A stretch of 64,000 nucleotides of DNA from Alphaproteobacteria bacterium (GTDB taxonomy: Bacteria > Pseudomonadota > Alphaproteobacteria > RF32 > CAG-239). The notes beneath the pieces are model-generated. The model searched no databases. It was not told where the DNA came from and saw nothing but the letters and a program-made list of their open reading frames with translations. Position numbers and translations under genes: made by a program. Position 1 is the stretch's first letter. The number at the start of each line of letters is the position of its first letter. Below are positions 47,841 to 57,323 of the stretch, piece after piece. The stretch lies in contig JAFUSU010000030.1 in NCBI GenBank assembly GCA_017467515.1, positions 215 through 64,214 on the forward strand, read 5' to 3'.

Positions 47841-48782
47841 ATGAAGTTAAAAAAATTGTGGACGAAGTTGTTAGAGCCTAAACCCTATCATCAAGGATAT
47901 TTACCTCTTGCTGATGGACACGAAGTTTGGTTTGCTCAATATGGAAACCCTCAAGGAAAAGTTGTTATAACCACCCACGGCGGTCCCGGAGGATGTTGCC
48001 GAGCTTCGCGTGCGAAAATGTTTGATTTAAGACACTATCGTGTCATTATGTTTGATCAGCGCGGATGCGGAAATTCCAAACCTTTTGGAGAACTCCGCCA
48101 TAATACGACAGCAGATATTTTATTTGATATGGAACGATTGCTCGATTATTTACAGATTAAAGAAAAAGTTATTTTGCAGGGTGGATCTTGGGCATCAACA
48201 ATAATGCTCCTGTTTGCGGAAAAGCATCCTCAAAAAGTTGAAAAATTGGCATTGTCTCAAATTTTTTTGGCAGATGGTAACAGTGAAAAATGGGAGCAGG
48301 AACAGTGCGGATTATTTTATCCGGATATGTTGGAACAGCTAAAAAAACCGCTTCAAAAATGGCAAACAATTCCGGAGTACTATTTACAGCAATTGAAATC
48401 AAACAATGCCAAACAACAAAAGAAAGCCTTGGAAACTTATGGAATGTTTGAAAGGGTTCTTGGGGCATTGGCACCTCACTGGGGAAATTTTGAAGAAGTG
48501 GATGAAAAAGGTCTGGCCTATATGCAGATTTATGCCCAATACGCGGCTGCGCACTATTATCTTAAAAATAATGAAATTATGAGAGAAGTTCGTAAAATTA
48601 AAGATATTCCCATGCTGATTGTCCATAACAGGTTGGATATGCTGTGTCCGTTAATCGGAGCTTATCAACTGTCTAAAAAAATAGAGCAGTGCCGTTTGGT
48701 TATTGTGCCGGAAAAGGGGCATATCGGTAAGCTGTTGCATAAAACCATAGCCGGACAAGTTAAGAAATTTCTCTCAGAATAA
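47841..48782 (+). CDS. pip: Proline iminopeptidase (alpha/beta hydrolase)
   Basis: Motifs HGGPG, FDQRGCG.S.P, GGSW, D..CP and GH. Confidence 0.85.
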   Translation: MKLKKLWTKLLEPKPYHQGYLPLADGHEVWFAQYGNPQGKVVITTHGGPGGCCRASRAKMFDLRHYRVIMFDQRGCGNSKPFGELRHNTTADILFDMERLLDYLQIKEKVILQGGSWASTIMLLFAEKHPQKVEKLALSQIFLADGNSEKWEQEQCGLFYPDMLEQLKKPLQKWQTIPEYYLQQLKSNNAKQQKKALETYGMFERVLGALAPHWGNFEEVDEKGLAYMQIYAQYAAAHYYLKNNEIMREVRKIKDIPMLIVHNRLDMLCPLIGAYQLSKKIEQCRLVIVPEKGHIGKLLHKTIAGQVKKFLSE

Positions 48783-48805
48783 ATTTATTTTCAGTTTTAA
48801 GAAAA

Positions 48806-49840
48806 TTATAAATATTTCAGCAAACGCAATGCGGATTGAATTGCTGTTTCAATACAACAGGGGCGATTTTTCATTGTCCAATCACCGCAAATCAGTAAAT
48901 TATTGTAGGCTGTTTGAGCGTCGGTAGGACGCTTGGCATTATTTTTTTTATCTTGACGGATGGTCGCATAAGGAAAATATTGAATACGCGTGTACGGTTC
49001 AAAAGCTGAATTGTAATTTCTGATACAGCAGATTTCTTGCCAAATCGAGCGAGAATCAATTTTTTCAGGGGAATTACTGATTGTGACAGCCGTATAGTTA
49101 GGCGTACTGAATATCCATTGGCTTAACGCATTTTTGAGACCGAACATTTTTTTATTTTGCGGAAAAGTAAGTGCCATACTTGTTCTGTAAAAGATGTTTG
49201 TAATTGCATTATAATCAAAGTCATATCCGCCCACAATTTTATTGTAATGATAACTGTCAATGGCAGAAATAACCATATCACCCACATCTATGGTAATCGT
49301 TTCTTTATTAAACCGAAGTTTTGTAATACGGTTTTGATTTATTTCAACACCCTGCCACACATACCCGTATTTAATATCATTGGCATAAATTAACAGAGGA
49401 TCGCAAAGAAGATTAGATAAATCTCCGGTCGAAAAATAAGCTTTCAGCTGATAGGGGTGCAAAAGGTGCCGGATCACATAAAGCAGAGCTGAAAAATTCG
49501 GTTTAGCGGTATTAAAAATTGCTAAAATAATTTCTTTTATACAACACAACTTAGAAATGAAAGTTTTCTTCTTAAAATCCCAAAAACAAAGGGTATGTTT
49601 AAATAAAAGAGAATTGATAAGTTTTTTTGTTTGTCGATTACAATTGAGGATAACATGCGTTGCATTGTCATACATACAGTTATGCTCTGAATCAAAAAAA
49701 CTGCCACAGCGTCCGCCGATTTTTTCGGCTGCTTCATAAATTAAAACAGTGGAAAGAGGGTGCTTCTCCTTAATAAGCTTGGCCGCAAATAAACCGGCAA
49801 TTCCGGCGCCGATAATATGATAGGTTCTGTTATTTTCCAA
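48806..49840 (-). CDS. hpnE: HpnE-like FAD-dependent hydroxysqualene dehydroxylase (shortened)
   Basis: Motifs GAGIAGL, GGRC.SF, DNATH and GDWT....P..IE.A..S; follows hpnCD. Confidence 0.75.
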   Translation of the reverse strand: MENNRTYHIIGAGIAGLFAAKLIKEKHPLSTVLIYEAAEKIGGRCGSFFDSEHNCMYDNATHVILNCNRQTKKLINSLLFKHTLCFWDFKKKTFISKLCCIKEIILAIFNTAKPNFSALLYVIRHLLHPYQLKAYFSTGDLSNLLCDPLLIYANDIKYGYVWQGVEINQNRITKLRFNKETITIDVGDMVISAIDSYHYNKIVGGYDFDYNAITNIFYRTSMALTFPQNKKMFGLKNALSQWIFSTPNYTAVTISNSPEKIDSRSIWQEICCIRNYNSAFEPYTRIQYFPYATIRQDKKNNAKRPTDAQTAYNNLLICGDWTMKNRPCCIETAIQSALRLLKYL

Positions 49841-50663
49841 AATAAGCCCTCAAAGCGAGCGAAAATTTATTGAATTTACTAATATTGGGCTTCGGAGATA
49901 TAATTTCCCATCCGCGATTTTTCATAATATCAAAATACTTTTTATAAATAGCGGCAATTGCTCTTATGGGGCGAGCCGATTCTTTATCTAACAAGGGAAT
50001 CAGCTGATAAGCTTTGTCAAAATCTTCTTCAGCCATTTTAGCGAGTTCTTGACGTGCCGTAACCAGATTTTTATCGACAATGACATCGCTTGGTTTATGG
50101 CTCGTAATAGAAGCTTTTTTTAAATATTCTTTGGGAATATAAACACGATTGGCCTGAGCGTCTTCTTTAACATCTCTTAGAATATTTGTGATTTGCAAGG
50201 CAGTTCCGAGAGAAGTTGACAATTCTTCAATAATTTTTTCATTATGACAACCGAAAATTCTCAACGATAAATTACCCGGAACACCGGCAACACCACGGCA
50301 GTAAGAAAGAAAATCTTTCATTTTTGGGGCTTGCATCGGATGAGGAACATCCATAGAAATGGCATCGATAAGTTTAATAAATTCTTCTTTAGGCAATTTA
50401 AAACGCATACAATTTTTATAAATACGACGTCCTATTTCTGTTGCGGGAACTTTTTTATCATAAATATTATCAATTTCTTCCCGCCAGGCCGAAAGTAATT
50501 CTTGTTTTTCTTTGAGCGATAAATTTCCGTCAACAATATCATCAATATGGCGACAAAAAGCATAGATGGTGTACATAGCCTCTCTTTTGGCTTTGGGCAA
50601 AAGTCTCATGCTCCAAAAAAAGGAAGATCCGGATTTTTTTACGATATAGTCGACGTTATTCAT
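49830..50663 (-). CDS. hpnD: Presqualene diphosphate synthase
   Basis: Motifs SGSSFFWSMRLLP, YAFCR..DDIVD, YC.GVAG and LQ.TNILRDV.ED. Confidence 0.9.
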   Translation of the reverse strand: MNNVDYIVKKSGSSFFWSMRLLPKAKREAMYTIYAFCRHIDDIVDGNLSLKEKQELLSAWREEIDNIYDKKVPATEIGRRIYKNCMRFKLPKEEFIKLIDAISMDVPHPMQAPKMKDFLSYCRGVAGVPGNLSLRIFGCHNEKIIEELSTSLGTALQITNILRDVKEDAQANRVYIPKEYLKKASITSHKPSDVIVDKNLVTARQELAKMAEEDFDKAYQLIPLLDKESARPIRAIAAIYKKYFDIMKNRGWEIISPKPNISKFNKFSLALRAYFGK

Positions 50664-51496
50664 TAATGTTCCTCAATAGTTAATGTTTTACGTTTTGTTA
50701 ATAAGGCTCTGTAAGTGCCCGAATAACAGGCAATAACCCAATCAAAAACTGAAAGATTTATTTTTGCGGTGAGAATATCCGTGTTGTACATTTTTTTTAT
50801 TAAAATATCAGATAATTTTATTATTATGCAAACATAAATCCGTAAACGAATGCTTTTAATAATAGACGGTAATACTTGAGCATCTTTTAACAAACCGCAG
50901 GCTCTATTTAATACATCATTTAATAATTTTTGCAAGCTTTTTGAACAAACTGCAGCAGATAAAGACTTACGGGACACTTTATATTTTTTCATCAATTCTT
51001 CGGGAAGATAGAGACGATTAAGATTGGTAACATCATCTTTAAGATCTTGAAGATGATTGATAATTTGCAAAACAGAGCATAAAGCTGTAGCCGGAAGATA
51101 AGTTGACGGACTTTCATTATACAGGGCGAGCATAAAACGTCCGACCGGAGCCGCTGAATATTTGCAGTAATCTAATAATTGTGCCCAAGTTTGATAGGTC
51201 GCATTTTGAGCATCTTGTCTAAACGCAACCAGTAAATCGGTTGCCAGAGAAAAATCAAATTTTTCACGGATAAAATCTTGACGTAACACTTTAGCTGCCA
51301 AGAGGTTGCTCTTGCCAAATAAAGAAGATTCGGCATCCTGAAGTTTTGATAATTTGTCTTGGGTAGATAAATCAGGGCTATCGGCAAGATTATCACAATA
51401 GCGCGCAAAATCATAATAGTGAGAAATAATCAGGCGCTCTTTCTTTCGAAAAAGATAACAGGCAACGGGAAAATTTTCTTGTTTTTGTGTTTTCAT
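50663..51496 (-). CDS. hpnC: Hydroxysqualene synthase
   Basis: Motifs [25 protein letters not shown] and LQIINHLQD. Confidence 0.9.
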   Translation of the reverse strand: MKTQKQENFPVACYLFRKKERLIISHYYDFARYCDNLADSPDLSTQDKLSKLQDAESSLFGKSNLLAAKVLRQDFIREKFDFSLATDLLVAFRQDAQNATYQTWAQLLDYCKYSAAPVGRFMLALYNESPSTYLPATALCSVLQIINHLQDLKDDVTNLNRLYLPEELMKKYKVSRKSLSAAVCSKSLQKLLNDVLNRACGLLKDAQVLPSIIKSIRLRIYVCIIIKLSDILIKKMYNTDILTAKINLSVFDWVIACYSGTYRALLTKRKTLTIEEH

Positions 51497-52860
51497 CGTT
51501 TAATCTCTTGTAACCAAGGTTGAATATCTGTTAAAGCGCGTTTGCAATAAGCTGTTTTTCGATCCATTCCTTTAATTTTTTTAAATTTTCCGTTGGCGGT
51601 TATTTCTCCTTGAATAGTTGGAAAAATGCCGAAATTTATATTCATCGGTTGATAATTTTCTATGTCGGTTGCATCAATTAAATGAGATAACATAGATCCG
51701 AAAGCAGTTGTTCTGGGCGGGAGCAGAGGGGTACAATTTTGCATCTCGCAAGCGGTAAAGTAACCGGCTAAAAAACCAATGGAAGCGCTTTCAATATACC
51801 CTTCACATCCTGTAATTTGTCCGGCAAAACGAATATTGGGTTGTGCCTTCAGACGCAGATGTTGATCCAATAAAATCGGAGATTTAATAAATGTATTTTT
51901 ATGGATGCCCCCAAAACGAGCAAATTCAGCATTTTCTAAGCCGGGGATCATTTTAAAAACTTTTTGCTGGGCGCCATACTTCATTTTGGTTTGAAATCCA
52001 ACCATATTTCGTAATGTGTCTTCTTTGTTATCTTGCCTGAGTTGTACAATGGCATAAGGTTTTATATCGCTATGAGGATTAGTTAATCCGACAGGTTTCA
52101 TCGGACCGAAAACAAGTGTTTCGATGCCACGCTCTGCCATAACTTCAATCGGTAGGCAACCGTCAAAATAAGAAGCTTTTTCCCAGTTATGAAATTCTGT
52201 TTTTTCAGCTGTTAGCAGAGCCTCAACAAAGTTATGGTATTCTTCTTGTGTCAGCGGACAATTAATATAGTCATACTTATCCCCTTTGTCATAACGGGAT
52301 TGATACCACGCTTTTGAAAAATCAATGCTTTCCTTATAAATGACGGGGGCAATCGCATCATAAAAAGAAAGCGTTTGTCCGCCGATTTTATTTAAAATAT
52401 CCAAAGCAAGACGTTCACTTGTCAAAGGCCCCGTTGCGATGATGTATAAATTATCATCAAACGGAGGGAGGGAAGTTATTTCTTGTGCAACCACCGAAAT
52501 AAAAGGGTGAGTGTTGATTTTTTCGGTAACGAGTTGAGCAAATTGATGTCGATCAACGGCTAAAGCCCCTCCGGCCGGAACTTTTGTTTCGTCAGCGCAA
52601 GCCATAATTAAAGAACCGGCTAAGCGCATTTCCTGATGCATTAATCCGACGGCATTATGCTCAAAATCGTCCAAGCGCAGAGAATTGGAACATACCAATT
52701 CTGCAAAGTTTTGGTCTTTATGGGCATCGGAAAATTTGAGCGGTTTCATTTCATTAAGAATAACGGGAATACCGCGTTGGGCCAATTGCCACGCAGCTTC
52801 ACAGCCGGCCAGTCCGGCGCCGATAATATGTACTTTTTTTTGTGTCATAGTCGATTCCAT
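51493..52860 (-). CDS. trmFO: tRNA m5U54 methyltransferase, FAD/folate-dependent
   Basis: Motifs [27 protein letters not shown] and AGQITG.EGY.ES; alternative start at 52848. Confidence 0.96.
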   Translation of the reverse strand: MESTMTQKKVHIIGAGLAGCEAAWQLAQRGIPVILNEMKPLKFSDAHKDQNFAELVCSNSLRLDDFEHNAVGLMHQEMRLAGSLIMACADETKVPAGGALAVDRHQFAQLVTEKINTHPFISVVAQEITSLPPFDDNLYIIATGPLTSERLALDILNKIGGQTLSFYDAIAPVIYKESIDFSKAWYQSRYDKGDKYDYINCPLTQEEYHNFVEALLTAEKTEFHNWEKASYFDGCLPIEVMAERGIETLVFGPMKPVGLTNPHSDIKPYAIVQLRQDNKEDTLRNMVGFQTKMKYGAQQKVFKMIPGLENAEFARFGGIHKNTFIKSPILLDQHLRLKAQPNIRFAGQITGCEGYIESASIGFLAGYFTACEMQNCTPLLPPRTTAFGSMLSHLIDATDIENYQPMNINFGIFPTIQGEITANGKFKKIKGMDRKTAYCKRALTDIQPWLQEIKR

Positions 52861-53019
52861 ACATAATGAATATAAACATAGTATATGAATAAAGTTTAAA
52901 AATTATTTCCTGATAGACATTATTACGGAAATAACAAATAGAATAACCTGAGCATAATATTTGCTTTAGCTGAAAAAGATACTATAATGACATAAGTTAT
53001 AAACGAAAAGAGCCGGAAA

Positions 53020-54039
53020 ATGAAAAGAAATCATTTCATAGCGTTGACATTGGGAATTATTTTTCTGAACAGCCATTCTGCTTGGGCAGAAGATGTCATT
53101 GCTTCAGAAAATGAAACGCTGCCAATCGTAGGAGTGACACCTCCGCCACCTCCTTCTGATTTGCCTGAAAAGTTAGAGCAACAGGAGGCTGAAGTAACCA
53201 TAAAAAAAGAAGGAACATTGACCGACAATATCAAGGATAATGAAAAAACGGTTGATAAACAAGACGATTCTATTGTTGATTTGCCGGCAATCAGTACAAA
53301 TTTGGCGGATAAAATTGCAGATATGGGAAAAAATGTAGATGAGGCCACTAAATCCGCCGGTGAAACTTTAGCGGATATGATGAGTACACGCCGTAAAGAA
53401 GCATTAATGGTTTCTCCGCAGCAAGGTGTCAGACGCTCAAATGCCTCTGTATTTGATATTTCCGGAGCAATGTTGAGAATGTCTCCGGAGCAAATAGAAA
53501 ATACTCTGACAAAAAAAGGATATAAGAAAACTGTTCAAAAATTAGATATTCCGAATTTTATTCGTTGGCGAAATGAAGAAAAATGCCGTGCTCAGGGTGT
53601 CGTGGGGTATGAGCGATTGGAAAGTTGTGTTGTCCAAATGGCAAAAAAAGATAAGCACCAATTTATTGAGCGTGTTTTTTATTCTAAATATGATACACAG
53701 GAAGAAATGGAAATTCGCTTTACCAGTAATTTTACAAAAAATAAAGCATATTATCTGACATACAGAAGTAATGTTTTAATTAATTTACGAGGTAATTCAC
53801 AAAAAGAATTTTATCTGAGAAATATTAAAATTTATGATTTTTGGAAGAGAATTAATCAAAAATACGGAGCACCGGATAATCGGGAAAATGTGATTTGGGG
53901 ACTGGGGGGGAATAAACCCTATATGCAGGCCGGAACAGGAATGTTACGGTTGGAAGATCCGACCTTGAGAGATTTGGATTATACAAGAATGTCGCGAGAG
54001 GATAAAAAATTTATGAATACAGGTTTATATAATTTCTAG
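53020..54039 (+). CDS. Hypothetical exported protein
   Basis: Signal peptide (AWA), acidic/Pro-rich linker, globular C-terminal domain with a Cys pair. Confidence 0.75.
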   Translation: MKRNHFIALTLGIIFLNSHSAWAEDVIASENETLPIVGVTPPPPPSDLPEKLEQQEAEVTIKKEGTLTDNIKDNEKTVDKQDDSIVDLPAISTNLADKIADMGKNVDEATKSAGETLADMMSTRRKEALMVSPQQGVRRSNASVFDISGAMLRMSPEQIENTLTKKGYKKTVQKLDIPNFIRWRNEEKCRAQGVVGYERLESCVVQMAKKDKHQFIERVFYSKYDTQEEMEIRFTSNFTKNKAYYLTYRSNVLINLRGNSQKEFYLRNIKIYDFWKRINQKYGAPDNRENVIWGLGGNKPYMQAGTGMLRLEDPTLRDLDYTRMSREDKKFMNTGLYNF

Positions 54040-54047
54040 GATGAAAA

Positions 54048-54659
54048 ATGACGGATAATAAACTATTGCAACATACCAGTGAATTAATTTGTACGCGTAT
54101 CAGTCACGATATTATAGGAAATGTCGGGGCTGTTTCAAATGCCGTGGAATTACTGGAAGAAGGGGATATGGATTTTATTGATGATATTCGTTCCATATTG
54201 AAAGTAAGCTCAAAAATTTTATCTGCCCGTTTGAAATTTTTCAGATTAGTTTTCGGACTTCAAAATGCTAATTTGACGGATTTTGAAACTGTAAAAACAA
54301 CAGCGGAATCCTATTTACAAACCATAGGAAATGCCTCATATCCCATCACTGTTAATTTAAAAATAGAAGATATTCAATGGACGCGTCCGGCATTGCTGAC
54401 AGTAATGATACTTGCAGATGTTGTTATCAAAGGTGCTGAAATTGATATTACGGAAAAAGACAATGTTTTGACAGCACAAGTGCGCAGTTTACATTCATTG
54501 GCAAATGAAAAAATAAAAAATATTGAAATCATTTTGTCCGGAGGGGAAGTCGAAAATCCGGCGCAATATGCTCCTGTTGTTTATTTACAAAATATATTGA
54601 ATAATGATAAAAAAATACATATTATGAATGATAATATGTTGACGCTTATTATTCGCTGA
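54048..54659 (+). CDS. chpT: Histidine phosphotransferase ChpT
   Basis: L.CTRISHD....GAV.N.VELLEE and ARLKFFRL.FG. Confidence 0.88.
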   Translation: MTDNKLLQHTSELICTRISHDIIGNVGAVSNAVELLEEGDMDFIDDIRSILKVSSKILSARLKFFRLVFGLQNANLTDFETVKTTAESYLQTIGNASYPITVNLKIEDIQWTRPALLTVMILADVVIKGAEIDITEKDNVLTAQVRSLHSLANEKIKNIEIILSGGEVENPAQYAPVVYLQNILNNDKKIHIMNDNMLTLIIR

Positions 54660-54669
54660 AGGAAACAGA

Positions 54670-55035
54670 ATGGCCACTTGTTTAATAGCAGATGATTCTA
54701 AAGTAATTCGTTTATTGCTTTCCAAAATAATGTCTAATCTCGGTTTCTCCGTCATTGAAGCAGAAGACGGTGAAGATGTCATCGAACTGACTCAAACTCA
54801 AGAACCTGACGTTATTATTATGGATTGGAGCCTACCTGTTTTAGATGGTATTGATGCTCTCTATAAATTAAGAGCTTCAAATTTACCAAAAGCGCCTAAA
54901 ATTATCTTTTGTTCTTCAAGTTCTGATTTAGATCGAATTAATCAGGCTATCAAAGGTGGTGCTGATGATTATATTATCAAACCTTTTGATGAAGATATTG
55001 TTGCTTCCAAGTTAACTATTCTTGGCTTGCTGTGA
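54670..55035 (+). CDS. cheY: Single-domain CheY-like response regulator
   Basis: CLIADDS..IR, MDW..P..DG and GADDYI.KPFD. Confidence 0.82.
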   Translation: MATCLIADDSKVIRLLLSKIMSNLGFSVIEAEDGEDVIELTQTQEPDVIIMDWSLPVLDGIDALYKLRASNLPKAPKIIFCSSSSDLDRINQAIKGGADDYIIKPFDEDIVASKLTILGLL

Positions 55036-55042
55036 GGATTTT

Positions 55043-55945
55043 ATGAAAAAAAGTGATTTTGATTATATATTGCTTCTTTTAAAACGTTATGCCGGTTGGG
55101 ATCTTACGACGGATAATTATTTCCTTATCGATAATAAAATTTATGGCTTGGTTTGTGAAAAAGGATATGCCAGCTCTGATGATCTGATTCAAGAACTGAG
55201 ATTAGGGCAAAAATCAATGTTATGGCAAGTGATTGAAGCTTTGACTTTTTCTGAAACTTATTTCTTCAGAGATTACCCTGTTTTTAAATCTTTTGAAAAA
55301 ATTATACTTCCTCGAATTCGTGAAGTTAACCGCAGTTCTAAAAAATTGAGAATATGGAGTTTAGGGTGCTCTACCGGCCAAGAAACATACTCTATCGGAA
55401 TGAGTATTGCAGACAATCTTCCCGCTGTTAGTGATTGGAACGTTAATATCTTAGGAACAGATATTTCTTCACCGGCAATAACTAAAGCTCAAAAAGGAAT
55501 TTATACCCCGTTAGAAGTTCAAATGGGACTTAATATTAAGCAGATTATAAAGCACTTCCATAAAGAGGGAAATAATTGGGCTGTTAATCAGGATATATCG
55601 AATAATATTAAATTTTTGAGATATAATTTACTTGAGTATTTATCTAATGTAGAGCCTTTTGATATTATCTTTTGCCGCTATGTTTTAAATTATTTTACAC
55701 CTGAAAAACAAAGAGAATTAATTGCGAAGATCCATTCTTATAATGTTCCGGCCGGTTTTTTGTATTTAGGACTGCATGAAAAGATAGACGGTCTGGAAGA
55801 ATACTATGACGCCATCCCGGGAATGCCGTGCCTTTATCAAGCAAAATTAAAACCTCAAAATATAACAAAAAACAGGGAAAATTTGGATAATGTGCCGAAT
55901 GCGATGCCGACCTTGCAACGTCCGAGCATAAAAAATATTCATTAA
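55043..55945 (+). CDS. cheR: CheR-type protein-glutamate methyltransferase
   Basis: Motifs ETYFFRD, IWSLGCSTGQETYS, GTDIS and FDIIFCR.VL.YF. Confidence 0.9.
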   Translation: MKKSDFDYILLLLKRYAGWDLTTDNYFLIDNKIYGLVCEKGYASSDDLIQELRLGQKSMLWQVIEALTFSETYFFRDYPVFKSFEKIILPRIREVNRSSKKLRIWSLGCSTGQETYSIGMSIADNLPAVSDWNVNILGTDISSPAITKAQKGIYTPLEVQMGLNIKQIIKHFHKEGNNWAVNQDISNNIKFLRYNLLEYLSNVEPFDIIFCRYVLNYFTPEKQRELIAKIHSYNVPAGFLYLGLHEKIDGLEEYYDAIPGMPCLYQAKLKPQNITKNRENLDNVPNAMPTLQRPSIKNIH

Positions 55946-55961
55946 ATTAAATGTTAAAAAA

Positions 55962-57323
55962 TCAGTATGATTGAATAATGTTGAGTAAATCTTCAATTTT
56001 TATGGTTAATTGAGGGTTTTGACTTTTCTTTTTTGCCAATTCTGCTTGTTTTTTTGCAAGTTGCACATTTCCTGTAGATGAAAGAGTATAACGAGCTGCA
56101 GCATACTGAGCTTCGGCTTCCTGTTTGTTAAGATGATAAGCACGAGATAGCAGTAACCAGCCGAGCGAACTGGGTTTAACCGTCAGAGCTTTCTGTAATT
56201 GAGCAATAATTGATTTTAATTCTGATGAAGACGGAGAAAGTTCCAAAGAAGCTTGAGCTTCGCTGATTTTAAAGTTTATAGAAGACGGCCGCAACTGCAC
56301 GGCGTGAGAAAATTCTTGGCGAGCCTCCTTAATTTTCCCTTGTTCAAAAAGAATTTGTGCTTTTAGCTCTCTAAAATGAGGATTATTAGGCTCATTATTT
56401 ATAAGGTTATCAATAATTTGCTGAGCCTTATGAAACTGCAAATTCTTAAAAGCGGCAATGCTCTGTGCATACCGAGCCGGGATAGATTGATCTGATAAGG
56501 GGTATTTGACGGATGTTTGTTGCGGTGCTTTAATAAAAGCATATAATTTCGCCTGTATGCGTTTTAATTGTTCACTACCGTATTGTTCCGCCGGATAAGG
56601 CGATTTTTTAAGCGCTTGCTGCAAAAAAGCCAATCTTTCTCCGGACATCGGGTGCGTACGAAAATAAGGGTTTTCTTCAATGCCTTGCAGTTTGTTTTGA
56701 GTTTGAATTTTTTTCATAAAATCAAACAAACCTCGTGGAGAACGGTGTGTCTTCTCTAAAAGTTTAACGGCAGCCTCATCGGCGCTTCGCTCTTCTTGAA
56801 TCTGATAAGCCAAAGCCTGATTAATAAGAGAACTATGAGAGCCTAAAGCAACAGCAAGGGCAACATCACCACGACCTGAGGCCGCCCCTAAAGCACCGGC
56901 CAAAACCATAGATGCCAAACTGATATTTTGCATTTCTTGTAAGCGCAGTTTGTAGCGAATGATATGTCCGCCCAGTATGTGTCCTGCTTCGTGAGAAAGA
57001 ACGCCTCTGATTTCGTCATCGGTCTTGGCTGAAATAATGGTTCCGGAATGAATAAAAAGATTATTCCCGTCTCCAACAAAGGCATTAAGACTGTTATCTT
57101 GTACGATAAATATCTTATTCCGGTCAAAGGGAATATTGGCCGCTTGGAAAATGGGATGCAAAATATCCTGTAAGTAGAGTTCTGTTTCTTCGTCTGAAAT
57201 AATTGTCATACCGGCAGACGCATTAGGCGAAAACAATAACAGTAATCCCGCTGTTAAAAGCGGGATTAGAGTATAACGACCAGTTAGGATATTCTTTAAC
57301 TTTTGATAAGTTTTCTCCACCAC
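55962..57323 (-). CDS. M48 metalloprotease with TPRs (BepA/YfgC-like)
   Basis: Motifs NAF, GVLSHEAGH, ERSAD and THP; TPR C-terminus. The start is uncertain (GTG overlapping the rne end). Confidence 0.88.
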   Translation of the reverse strand: MVEKTYQKLKNILTGRYTLIPLLTAGLLLLFSPNASAGMTIISDEETELYLQDILHPIFQAANIPFDRNKIFIVQDNSLNAFVGDGNNLFIHSGTIISAKTDDEIRGVLSHEAGHILGGHIIRYKLRLQEMQNISLASMVLAGALGAASGRGDVALAVALGSHSSLINQALAYQIQEERSADEAAVKLLEKTHRSPRGLFDFMKKIQTQNKLQGIEENPYFRTHPMSGERLAFLQQALKKSPYPAEQYGSEQLKRIQAKLYAFIKAPQQTSVKYPLSDQSIPARYAQSIAAFKNLQFHKAQQIIDNLINNEPNNPHFRELKAQILFEQGKIKEARQEFSHAVQLRPSSINFKISEAQASLELSPSSSELKSIIAQLQKALTVKPSSLGWLLLSRAYHLNKQEAEAQYAAARYTLSSTGNVQLAKKQAELAKKKSQNPQLTIKIEDLLNIIQSY

